Source: Trueperaceae bacterium (GTDB lineage: Bacteria; Deinococcota; Deinococci; Deinococcales; Trueperaceae). From it: a DNA stretch of 22,264 nucleotides. The position numbers were made by a program, and so were the translations under genes. The DNA lies in contig JBBDRK010000057.1 in NCBI GenBank assembly GCA_040905465.1, forward strand, positions 23,801-46,064. The letters are read 5' to 3'. Below are positions 1-7,696 of this stretch, in pieces. Each line of letters begins with the position of its first letter. Position 1 is the stretch's first letter. Under the pieces are notes generated by a model that saw only the letters and a list, made by a program, of their open reading frames with translations, searched no databases and was not told where the DNA came from.

Positions 1-1
1 T

Positions 2-547
2 GGCCTGGGCTTCGACGCCTACCCGGAGTTCGCCATGCACGAGGGCGAGCAGTACGCCCGGGTACGGATCGGTTGCTTCACGACGCGCGACGCGGCGGTG
101 TCGTTCGCTCGTGACCTGCGCGGTCGGGTGACTGCCGACGCCGTGGCCCAGCCGCTCGGTTCCCGATCGGCCCCGAGGGCCTGCCTGGAGTGGGATCCCG
201 GGTTCGTCAAACCGGCGCAGTGGCACACCGTGCGCAGGGGTTCCGACATAGTATTCCGGGTGGAACGAGGGGGCCAGGTCGGTTACGTCCAGCACGATGG
301 GGAGCGCTGGCTCTTCGACCACTCGCTGGCCGCTGAACCGGCGCCAGCGGCCGCGGGCGGCGCCCGATTCAGGCAGGTCGATGTCGCTGGCGTCGCCCTG
401 GTGCAAGTCGGCCTCGCCGACGGCACCGCGCTCAACGTCTGCGGCGGGCGACTGCTCTGGCAGCACGGCCTCGTTGCCGTGGTGGAGAGAGCAAGCACCG
501 TGATAGCCTGCGTGGTGAATGAGACCTTTCCGGACGACGGCCCGTAA
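2..547 (+). CDS. Hypothetical protein with SPOR-like motif; 5' end probably outside the window
   Basis: Frame is open from base 2: GLGFDAYPEFAMHEGEQYARVRIGCFTTRDAAVSFARDL resembles the SPOR pattern G-F-x-A-Y...Y-R-V-R-(I/V)-G-x-F-x-x-R-x-x-A. Stop TAA at 545-547. Confidence 0.55.
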   Translation, partial: GLGFDAYPEFAMHEGEQYARVRIGCFTTRDAAVSFARDLRGRVTADAVAQPLGSRSAPRACLEWDPGFVKPAQWHTVRRGSDIVFRVERGGQVGYVQHDGERWLFDHSLAAEPAPAAAGGARFRQVDVAGVALVQVGLADGTALNVCGGRLLWQHGLVAVVERASTVIACVVNETFPDDGP

Positions 548-649
548 CGTGAACGGCGGGTCGAATCGTACGAGAGGCAGGGTGGGAACGGCATGAACGA
601 CAACCGGCAAAGGGCGGCCGGGAGTGCCGGTGAACCTGGAGAATTGGGG

Positions 650-1510
650 ATGACTGGAGCGAGGCTCATCGTCCTGAGTGGACTGAGCGGCGCCGGCAAG
701 ACGACCGCCCTGCACGCGCTGGAAGACATCGGATTCTTTGCGGTGGACAACATTCCACCGTCGTTGTGGGCGCCGCTCGCCAGGAGGGCGGAAGCGGTGG
801 GCGAGGCACGGGTCGCGGTTTCGGTGGACGTTCGTACTTCGGCATTCCTGGGCGAGCTGGAAACCGGACTGGAAGCGTTGAAGGAGAGCGGTTTCGAGCC
901 GACTGTCCTGTTTCTGACGGCTTCCGACCACACTTTGGTGAAGCGTTACAGCCTCACCCGCCGAACTCACCCGATAGGTGAAGGGACCCTGTCCCGCGAT
1001 ATCGCCAGCGAGCGCGTGAGCCTCGAAGGTGTGCGCAGCCGAGCTCAACGGGTAATGGACACGACCGAGCTCAGCGCCAAGGAGCTGGCGCACCAGATCC
1101 GGCGCACCTTCGCCCAGGAACGCTCGTTTCGACTGCGACTCGTTTCGTTCGGCTACAAGCGCGGCGCTCCGATCGACGCGGATCTCGTGCTCGATGTGCG
1201 CGCCCTGCCCAACCCGTACTACGAAGAGGCGTTGCGTCGACTCAGCGGCACCGAAGCGGAAGTCCAGGCGCATGTCTTCACTCCCGGCGGTCTCGAGCTC
1301 TACACTCAGTTGCGCAACCTGGTGCGCACGCTGGCCGCTCTCGCCCGCGACGGCGAACGCACTTCATACACCGTTGCGCTGGGCTGTACCGGCGGGCAGC
1401 ATCGTTCCGTTGCCGTCGTCGAGCGGCTGGTGCGTGATCTCGCCCAACACTTCGACGCCGAAGGCGAACACCGCGACCTGGCCAACGCCCTGGCGGAGCA
1501 CCAGGCATGA
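650..1510 (+). CDS. rapZ: RapZ/YvcJ family P-loop nucleotide-binding protein
   Basis: Walker A GLSGAGKT, DNIP, SFGYKRG, DVRALPNPYY and GCTGGQHRSV motifs. Start placed at ATG 650 (GGAG upstream, typical family length); ATG 593 is the alternative. Confidence 0.95.
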   Translation: MTGARLIVLSGLSGAGKTTALHALEDIGFFAVDNIPPSLWAPLARRAEAVGEARVAVSVDVRTSAFLGELETGLEALKESGFEPTVLFLTASDHTLVKRYSLTRRTHPIGEGTLSRDIASERVSLEGVRSRAQRVMDTTELSAKELAHQIRRTFAQERSFRLRLVSFGYKRGAPIDADLVLDVRALPNPYYEEALRRLSGTEAEVQAHVFTPGGLELYTQLRNLVRTLAALARDGERTSYTVALGCTGGQHRSVAVVERLVRDLAQHFDAEGEHRDLANALAEHQA

Positions 1511-2841
1511 CCAAGGGCGACCGAGTCAAGCATCTGCTGTCGATGCGTTACTGGCTGGCGCCCGGCATGGGAGTCAAGAGGCACGTCGTGCTCGCAGTGG
1601 CAGGCGCCGTGCTGCTGATCGTCGGTGTTGTGGGGGCCATGCTCTGGCTGTTCTCCGGGAACCGGCAGGCACTGTCCGACCCGATCGAGGACGTGCTGGT
1701 GAGCGGCTCGTGGCTGCGCTTCGGTCTGGCCACCGCGATATTCCTGATCGTGGCCGGCATGATGACCGCAACCGTGGCGGTCGGCAGGCTCAACCGCTCT
1801 CTACTGTCGAACTGGATGTCGCGCCCGCACGAGGCTGCCGAGGTGTTGCACCGCCGCCTGCAGCTCTCGCGGGGGCCACGCATCGTGGCGTTCGGCGGCG
1901 GTACCGGGCTCTCGAACCTGCTTCGCGGCTTGCGCGCCCACACCAGCAATCTCACGGCGGTGGTTACGGTGGCCGACGATGGCGGTTCCTCGGGGCGTCT
2001 CAGACTGGCATTCGGAATGCCCGCGCCGGGAGACCTGAGCGACTGCGTGGCGGCCCTGTCAGACAACGAACTGGAAGTATCCCGACTCCTTCAGTATCGC
2101 TTCGAGCGCGGCCAGGAGTTGCAGGGGCATACCTTCGGAAACCTGCTGATTACCACCCTGACCGAGGTCGAGGGTGACTTCGGGCGGGCGATTCGTGCGC
2201 TCAACTCGCTCCTCAACCTCTCGGGTTCCGTCTATCCGGCCACTACCGAACCGGTGTCGCTTTGTGTGCGAAAGTCCAATGGAGTCGTAGTGCGCGGCGA
2301 GAGCGCCGTGAGGCAGTCGGCCGGCGCGGTCATGAACGTTTCCATCGAACCGGAGGAAGTGGCCAGCCTGCCGGAGGTGACGAGGGACATCGCCCTGGCG
2401 GACCTGATAGTGCTGGGGCCGGGCAGCCTGTTCACCTCGACGATTCCGCCGCTGTTGGCCGGAGACGTGCGGCGCGCCCTGCTGGAAACGAAGGCTCCCC
2501 TCCTGTATGTCTGCAACATCATGACCGAAGCTGGTGAAACCGACGGCTACCAGGCGATCGAACACGTCATGAAGCTGCGTGAACACTTGGGTCGGGCACC
2601 GGACTGGGTGGTGGTCAACGCCACCCCGGTGGATCCGGATCGCCTGCAGGCCTACGAGCAGGAGGGGGCGGAAGTAGTCGAGGTCGAACCGGAGCGCTTT
2701 GCGGCCGAGGGAATCCGGCTCGCCCAGCTCGAGCTCCTGGGCAGCGGACCGTATGCGCAGCACGATGCCGACGCGCTTGCCAGCTGGCTGATTGCCTTCT
2801 GCAAACGTGGGCTGGCGCTCAAGGCAGGATTGCGTGTTTGA
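1507..2841 (+). CDS. yvcK: YvcK/GlmR (CofD-like) UDP-sugar-binding protein with two N-terminal hydrophobic segments
   Basis: FGGGTGLS, VTVADDGGSSGRLR, PGD, GHTFGNL, GPGSLFTS and NIMTEAGET motifs; ATGA overlap with the rapZ stop. Confidence 0.93.
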   Translation: MTKGDRVKHLLSMRYWLAPGMGVKRHVVLAVAGAVLLIVGVVGAMLWLFSGNRQALSDPIEDVLVSGSWLRFGLATAIFLIVAGMMTATVAVGRLNRSLLSNWMSRPHEAAEVLHRRLQLSRGPRIVAFGGGTGLSNLLRGLRAHTSNLTAVVTVADDGGSSGRLRLAFGMPAPGDLSDCVAALSDNELEVSRLLQYRFERGQELQGHTFGNLLITTLTEVEGDFGRAIRALNSLLNLSGSVYPATTEPVSLCVRKSNGVVVRGESAVRQSAGAVMNVSIEPEEVASLPEVTRDIALADLIVLGPGSLFTSTIPPLLAGDVRRALLETKAPLLYVCNIMTEAGETDGYQAIEHVMKLREHLGRAPDWVVVNATPVDPDRLQAYEQEGAEVVEVEPERFAAEGIRLAQLELLGSGPYAQHDADALASWLIAFCKRGLALKAGLRV

Positions 2842-4015
2842 AACCTTCCTGATAGTTGCGGCCCTGACCGCTGTGGATCCGGTCGGCGACGTCGTCGGCG
2901 CCGGCTCTCTGGAACCGCCGACTGCCGCGGTCTACCGGAACCTGGCGCCGTTCGACCTTCTCGGGGTGACGGTTGCTGACGAAGAGCAGCTGACGGTGCT
3001 GATCGAGTTGGGCTCGCTCACCAACCCCTTCGAGCTGCCGCTCGGTTTCTCACTGCCGGTCATCGAGGTCTATCTCGAGGGCGGCAGGGGAGGTCGGGCC
3101 GAGCTCCTGGAAGGCTCGCGGATGCGCCTCCCCAACGGGCGAAGCTGGGAGGTGGCCTTGCGGCTCACTGGTGAGGGAGCGGCTGCCTATCGGGCATCCG
3201 AAGACGGGACGATGGAGAGCGTCACTCCGGAGGTGGAGGTCGACGGCAACGTGCTGACGGTTTCGACACCGTTCGCGAGGCCGTCACGCGCGCGAGTTTA
3301 CGCCATGACCGGACTCTACGACCTCTTCGGTACCAGTCCGTGGCGTCCGGTCGAGGCGACCGAGTCGCCCTGGGCGTTTTCGAATGAAACGCAGCGCACG
3401 CCGGTCGTCGACGTGCTTACCGACGACTCTTCCGCGCAACGCCAAGCGGTGGAGACCGGGGTGCTGGTAGCCGGTGGGAGTCGTGCTACTGCCCGGGGCG
3501 CGGTATGGCTGGTATTGATGGCGGTGGGCCTGCTGGTCGCATTGGCCGGCATCGCCATGCGGACGTTCTCCCGCCGGACGCCCGTTCCCGTTTCTCAAGA
3601 CGGAGAGCGACCGCCCGAAGGGGAAGCGGCACCCGCAGCAGAGGTCGCGGCGGGAGCTGCGGCGGTGGAACCGGACAGCGAGGGGTCCTCTGCGGTGTCA
3701 CCATCGCCGGCCGACCTCACCGACCGCGACTCCGATCCGTGGGACTCGTCGGCGCTGCTCACCCGAGCGGACGACGACGACTTCGCGGACGAGTTTCCGG
3801 CCGCCGAGCCGGCAACCGGCGGGGTGTGGGCACGGCCGGTACCCTTGCGAATCGAGAGGACGGACCCTGCCGCGAGCGCGGACGATGACGACAGCGAGCC
3901 GGAAGTCGTTACGGACGATGAGAACTCAGGTGTCGCAGGCGAAGGCGACGGGGCCGAGCCCGAACCTGAAGAGACAGAAGAAGAGACAGAAGAGGACGAC
4001 CCGCCGGTCCGGTAG
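2834..4015 (+). CDS. Membrane-anchored protein with glucodextranase-type DOMON-like domain and an acidic, probably disordered tail
   Basis: GTG at 2834 overlaps the yvcK end (AGGA upstream). Short hydrophobic N-terminus, then DPVGD..GAG...PT, NPFELPLGFSLPVIEVYL, a TM segment (AVWLVLMAVGLLVALAGIAM) and a D/E/P-rich C-terminus. Confidence 0.7.
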   Translation: MFETFLIVAALTAVDPVGDVVGAGSLEPPTAAVYRNLAPFDLLGVTVADEEQLTVLIELGSLTNPFELPLGFSLPVIEVYLEGGRGGRAELLEGSRMRLPNGRSWEVALRLTGEGAAAYRASEDGTMESVTPEVEVDGNVLTVSTPFARPSRARVYAMTGLYDLFGTSPWRPVEATESPWAFSNETQRTPVVDVLTDDSSAQRQAVETGVLVAGGSRATARGAVWLVLMAVGLLVALAGIAMRTFSRRTPVPVSQDGERPPEGEAAPAAEVAAGAAAVEPDSEGSSAVSPSPADLTDRDSDPWDSSALLTRADDDDFADEFPAAEPATGGVWARPVPLRIERTDPAASADDDDSEPEVVTDDENSGVAGEGDGAEPEPEETEEETEEDDPPVR

Positions 4016-4038
4016 ATACACCGGCCCGGCGGTGGCGA

Positions 4039-5331
4039 TCAGTCCCCTGCTACTGCCGGCGCCGAACTGGCTACTTTGCGGACGGCCTTGGCGCCGAGCG
4101 CTACCAGCCGCTCGGTGAGGGCCTCGTAGCCCCGATCGACGTACTGCAGGCCACTGATGACCGAGGTGCCGGTCGCGCCCAGGGCGGCGATCACCAGGGC
4201 GCCACCAGCTCGGATGTCGGCGGCGTGCATCCTGGCGCCGGCCAGCCGGCCACCGCGGATTATCAGCGTTCGTTCGAAGAGCTCTACGTCCGCGCCCGTC
4301 CGCCGCAACTCGTCGACATGGGTGAAGCGGTCGGGGTAGACGCGATCTCTCACCACGCTGGCGCCGGGAAGAGTGGCCAGATAGGCCGAGAAGGGCGCCT
4401 GCAAGTCGGTGGGGATCTCCGGGTACTCGGCCGCCGTGACGTCGACCGCCTGCAAGTCACCGCTCGCGTCCACCAGCAGCCCGTCCTCCCCTGCTTCGAT
4501 GATTCGAACTCCGGTCTCGCGGAGCTTCGAGCTGACCGCTTCCAGGTGCGAGGCGTTGATTCCCCGCAAGGTCACGGTGCCACGAGTTGCGGCCGTGGCG
4601 AGCATCAGCGTGCCCGCTTCGATGCGGTCGGGCAACGGCCGGTAGTCGACTCCCGAGAGTTCACTGACCCCTTCTATCTCTATGGTTCCCGTCTCGGCCC
4701 CCGATATCCGGGCGCCCATCGCGTTGAGCATGTTCGCCAGATCGGCGATCTCCGGCTCCAGGGCGGCGTTCACGATCGTCACTCGGCCTCCGGCCAAGGC
4801 GGTCGCGAGCAACACGTTCTGGGTGCCGCCGACCGTCGGTGCCTCGAACTCCACTCTGCCCGCGAGCTTGGCGCCGCGGAACGCATGGAAATCGCCGCCC
4901 TCCTCGTCTATCTGCACGCCGAGCGCCTGAAATGCCGCGATATGGCGGTCGACCGGGCGTGGGCCGAACGCGCACCCGCCTGGCATGGAGATGCGGGCCC
5001 GTCCGCAGCGGGCGAGCAGGGCGCCCATCGCCACGAAAGAAGCGCGCATCTTGCTCACCAGGCTGTAAGGGGCTCCGCAGGTATGGACATCGGCGGCATG
5101 CAGGTGCAGGTCCCGGCCTTCCCAGCGCACCTCGACACCGACGTGCTCGAGGATCTCGAGGGCAACCAAAACGTCACTCAGTCTGGGGATATCGTGCAGG
5201 CGGACCGGCTCGCGAGTCAGCAGGGAGGCCAGGATCAGGTAAAGGGCGGAGTTCTTGGCGGTGTTGACGTGCACCTCACCGCGGAGCGGAGTCCCGCCCT
5301 GGATGAAAAGTGCCTCTCCCTGCTGTTGCAT
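4039..5331 (-). CDS. murA: UDP-N-acetylglucosamine 1-carboxyvinyltransferase
   Basis: AKNS, MRAS, PGGCAFGPRPVDRH (Cys-type active-site loop), DRIEAGT, PTDLQ, DIRAG and DRGYE motifs; AAGGA SD before the ATG. Confidence 0.97.
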   Translation of the reverse strand: MQQQGEALFIQGGTPLRGEVHVNTAKNSALYLILASLLTREPVRLHDIPRLSDVLVALEILEHVGVEVRWEGRDLHLHAADVHTCGAPYSLVSKMRASFVAMGALLARCGRARISMPGGCAFGPRPVDRHIAAFQALGVQIDEEGGDFHAFRGAKLAGRVEFEAPTVGGTQNVLLATALAGGRVTIVNAALEPEIADLANMLNAMGARISGAETGTIEIEGVSELSGVDYRPLPDRIEAGTLMLATAATRGTVTLRGINASHLEAVSSKLRETGVRIIEAGEDGLLVDASGDLQAVDVTAAEYPEIPTDLQAPFSAYLATLPGASVVRDRVYPDRFTHVDELRRTGADVELFERTLIIRGGRLAGARMHAADIRAGGALVIAALGATGTSVISGLQYVDRGYEALTERLVALGAKAVRKVASSAPAVAGD

Positions 5332-5409
5332 GTCGTCCTTCCGGCGCCGAGCGCACAGCCATTGGCTGCTTTATCTCTAGGGAGTATCTTACACACCCTG
5401 TGTACTTGC

Positions 5410-5438
5410 AGCGTACCGAGGCGCTGCTGTATTGTCAA
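5410..5438 (-). promoter_or_regulatory. Putative sigma70 promoter for murA
   Basis: Minus strand TTGACA (5438-5433), 17-bp spacer, TACGCT (5415-5410). Confidence 0.65.
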
Positions 5439-5461
5439 GGCAATCCTACAGATGCTACTAT
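5432..5461 (+). promoter_or_regulatory. Putative sigma70 promoter for the RHH-kinase genes
   Basis: TTGTCA (5432-5437), 18-bp spacer, TACTAT (5456-5461) with extended -10 TG at 5453-5454. Confidence 0.6.
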
Positions 5462-5499
5462 CATCAACGCTGTCGAGGACCTCACATATGGAGGATGCG

Positions 5500-5709
5500 G
5501 TGCCCAAGCGAGAGAAAAGCAAACGACTCCAGGTCGTGATAACCGAGGAACAGGACTCGCTGCTGACCAAGACCGCTTATCAGCTCTCCAATCCCGAGCG
5601 GCTGGTGTCGAAGTCGGAAGTCGTCCGGCTCGGTATCGAAATGCTCAATCGCGCGGTGGAGACCGGAGAGATCGATCCGGCTCTGTTCAAGGCGATAGAG
5701 GAATCCTGA
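5500..5709 (+). CDS. Small ribbon-helix-helix-like DNA-binding protein, 69 aa
   Basis: GGAGG-5nt-GTG start. MPKREKSKRLQVVITEEQDSLLTKTAYQLSNPERLVSKSEVVRLGIE has a beta-strand (KRLQVVI), a helix and S-K-S-E-V-V-R, as in CopG/RHH proteins. It is the 3' end of the long ORF 4225..5709. Confidence 0.8.
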   Translation: MPKREKSKRLQVVITEEQDSLLTKTAYQLSNPERLVSKSEVVRLGIEMLNRAVETGEIDPALFKAIEES

Positions 5710-5724
5710 GCCGTCGCGGCTGGC

Positions 5725-7581
5725 ATGTTCCATCCCGGCGAACTGATTGACGACCGCTACGACATCCTCGGCCCGTTGGGCCAGGGCGGGATGGCACAGG
5801 TTTTCAGGGCACGAGACAGGCATCTGGAGCGCGAAGTCGCTCTCAAGGTACTCCGGCCCCACCTGACCGAAACCGACAGCGAGCGTTTCCGGCGCGAGAT
5901 CCAGGCACTGGCCCGATTCGGTCATCCCGGGATCGTCTCGATCTTCGACCTAGGGCTAGGCGACCATGTCTACTTCGCGATGGAGCTCATCGAGGGCGGG
6001 TCGTTCACCGACCTCGGTCCCCTCGAGCTCGACACCGAGGCGCTCGAAACGTTGCTGAACGCAGCGATCACGGTCGCCGAGGCGCTCGGCTACGTCCACC
6101 GGCTCGGAATGGTGCATCGCGACCTCACCCCACGCAATATCCTGCTAACGGCCCAGAACCACCCAAAGGTGATGGACTTCGGCCTGGTGCAACTCACCGA
6201 GACGAGCCGCCAGCTCACCCGAACGGGACTGACGCTGGGGACACCCCAGTACATGGCGCCGGAGCAAGCGCGCGGCGATATCACCGGCGCACATACCGAT
6301 CTCTACGCCTTCGGAGCGGTTCTCTACCGGACGCTTACCGGGATCGCACCGTTTGACGCCGAGAACGATCAGGCCGTGCTGTACCAGCATGTCTACGGGC
6401 AGTTGACGCCGCCGCACGAGCTCAACCCGCAGATACCCGGTGAGCTTTCCGGCCTCATCACCGCCCTCCTCGCCAAGGATCCCGCGGGCAGGCCCGACTC
6501 CGCATCCGCCGTGGCCGACTCGCTGCGGGCGATGCTGGCCTCGATGTTGCTGCGAGGCACCCATCTGCCGAATGGCGGCCCCGGGCGCTGCGGCGTGTAC
6601 GGTGCCGGTCCGGTCCAACCGCGCGCGCTCGAGCGGCGCTGGCAGGTTCAGTTGAGTGACGGGCCCCAGTGGCCGGCCGGAATTGGCGCCGCCGAGGGCT
6701 TCATCCTGGTCGGGTTGCGGAGCGACTGCACAGTGGTGCTGCGCACAGCCGACGGAGGCGTGGTCACGACCTTCGCGGCCGACGACGAGGTGAGCACGGC
6801 CCCCGTCTTCAGTGGCGGCCGGCTCTACATAACCAGCCGGGACGGCGGCCTGCAGGTGATCTCGTGGCCGACCGGCGAGCCTTTGTGGAGCGATCCGAAC
6901 AGCGGGGTCGTCGGTTTGCTGCCGTATGGTGAAAGCCTGGTGGTCACCACCAACCGCGGGACGCTCGAGCGCTCGGTACCGGGCAAGAAGCCTCAGTGGC
7001 GCTACGAGGCAGGCAGCCCTGCCGCCACCGCACCGACGATTCATCGCGGCCAGATCGTTTTCGCCAGCAGCGACGGCTGGCTCCATGTGGTCGACGCCGG
7101 TAACGGCACGGGCCGCTTCAAGGTGGAGGTGGGTGGCGTTCTCGCTCCAGCTGTTGCGCATCGGGGCGTTCTGCTGCTGCCGGTGCGCGACGGCGAGTTG
7201 CACGCCTTCGATCTGCGTAGCCGGGAAGTGCTGTGGAGCTACGACATCGCCGGCGAGATCTACGGCTCACCGGCGGTGTGGAACGGGCGCGTATTTCTCT
7301 CTTCGTGGAATCGTACCCTGCGGTGCCTCTCGCTGCTTAACGGCGAAGACATCTGGGAGGCGGCTACCGACACCAGAGTGACTGCGTCGCCGGCGGTGGC
7401 CAGCGGTACCCTTTACCTGGCCACGGAGCACGGCGAACTGCTGGCCTACGATGCTCGCTCGGGGACCGAACTGTGGCGCGAACAGGTTTCGCACTCCCCC
7501 ATCCAGGCCAGCCCGCTTCCCATCGGCGACACCCTGGTCGTGGCGGCTCTAGACGGGACGGTCAGCGCCTTCAGGTCCTGA
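5725..7581 (+). CDS. Hanks-type Ser/Thr protein kinase with C-terminal PQQ/BamB-type beta-propeller (architecture of Deinococcus RqkA)
   Basis: GQGGMA, VALK, HRDLTPRN, DFG, GTPQYMAPE and DLYAFG motifs; repeated (S/A)PAV...G.L.A.D...G...W propeller motifs; no obvious TM helix. Confidence 0.92.
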   Translation: MFHPGELIDDRYDILGPLGQGGMAQVFRARDRHLEREVALKVLRPHLTETDSERFRREIQALARFGHPGIVSIFDLGLGDHVYFAMELIEGGSFTDLGPLELDTEALETLLNAAITVAEALGYVHRLGMVHRDLTPRNILLTAQNHPKVMDFGLVQLTETSRQLTRTGLTLGTPQYMAPEQARGDITGAHTDLYAFGAVLYRTLTGIAPFDAENDQAVLYQHVYGQLTPPHELNPQIPGELSGLITALLAKDPAGRPDSASAVADSLRAMLASMLLRGTHLPNGGPGRCGVYGAGPVQPRALERRWQVQLSDGPQWPAGIGAAEGFILVGLRSDCTVVLRTADGGVVTTFAADDEVSTAPVFSGGRLYITSRDGGLQVISWPTGEPLWSDPNSGVVGLLPYGESLVVTTNRGTLERSVPGKKPQWRYEAGSPAATAPTIHRGQIVFASSDGWLHVVDAGNGTGRFKVEVGGVLAPAVAHRGVLLLPVRDGELHAFDLRSREVLWSYDIAGEIYGSPAVWNGRVFLSSWNRTLRCLSLLNGEDIWEAATDTRVTASPAVASGTLYLATEHGELLAYDARSGTELWREQVSHSPIQASPLPIGDTLVVAALDGTVSAFRS

Positions 7582-7696
7582 CCGGCAACCGGTGCGCCGC
7601 GCTCGCTGCCGGCGTCGCAGTTACCGAGCTACTCCGGCAGGTTCGACACCGTGAAGCGATCCTCGCGAGCAACCGTTCGACACCGCGTGGCGTTTC

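Noticed and set aside
3968-3994. Tandem GAAGAGACAGAA repeat
   Set aside because: Two copies encoding the low-complexity acidic tail (EETEEETEE); not CRISPR-like or a mobile-element signature.
4225-5499. 494-aa + strand ORF 4225..5709
   Set aside because: Antisense shadow of murA; only the last 69 codons (SD plus GTG 5500) look like a real gene.
7582-7696. Possible bidirectional terminator between the convergent kinase and gltB genes
   Set aside because: Only weak GC pairings and no U-tract on either strand.
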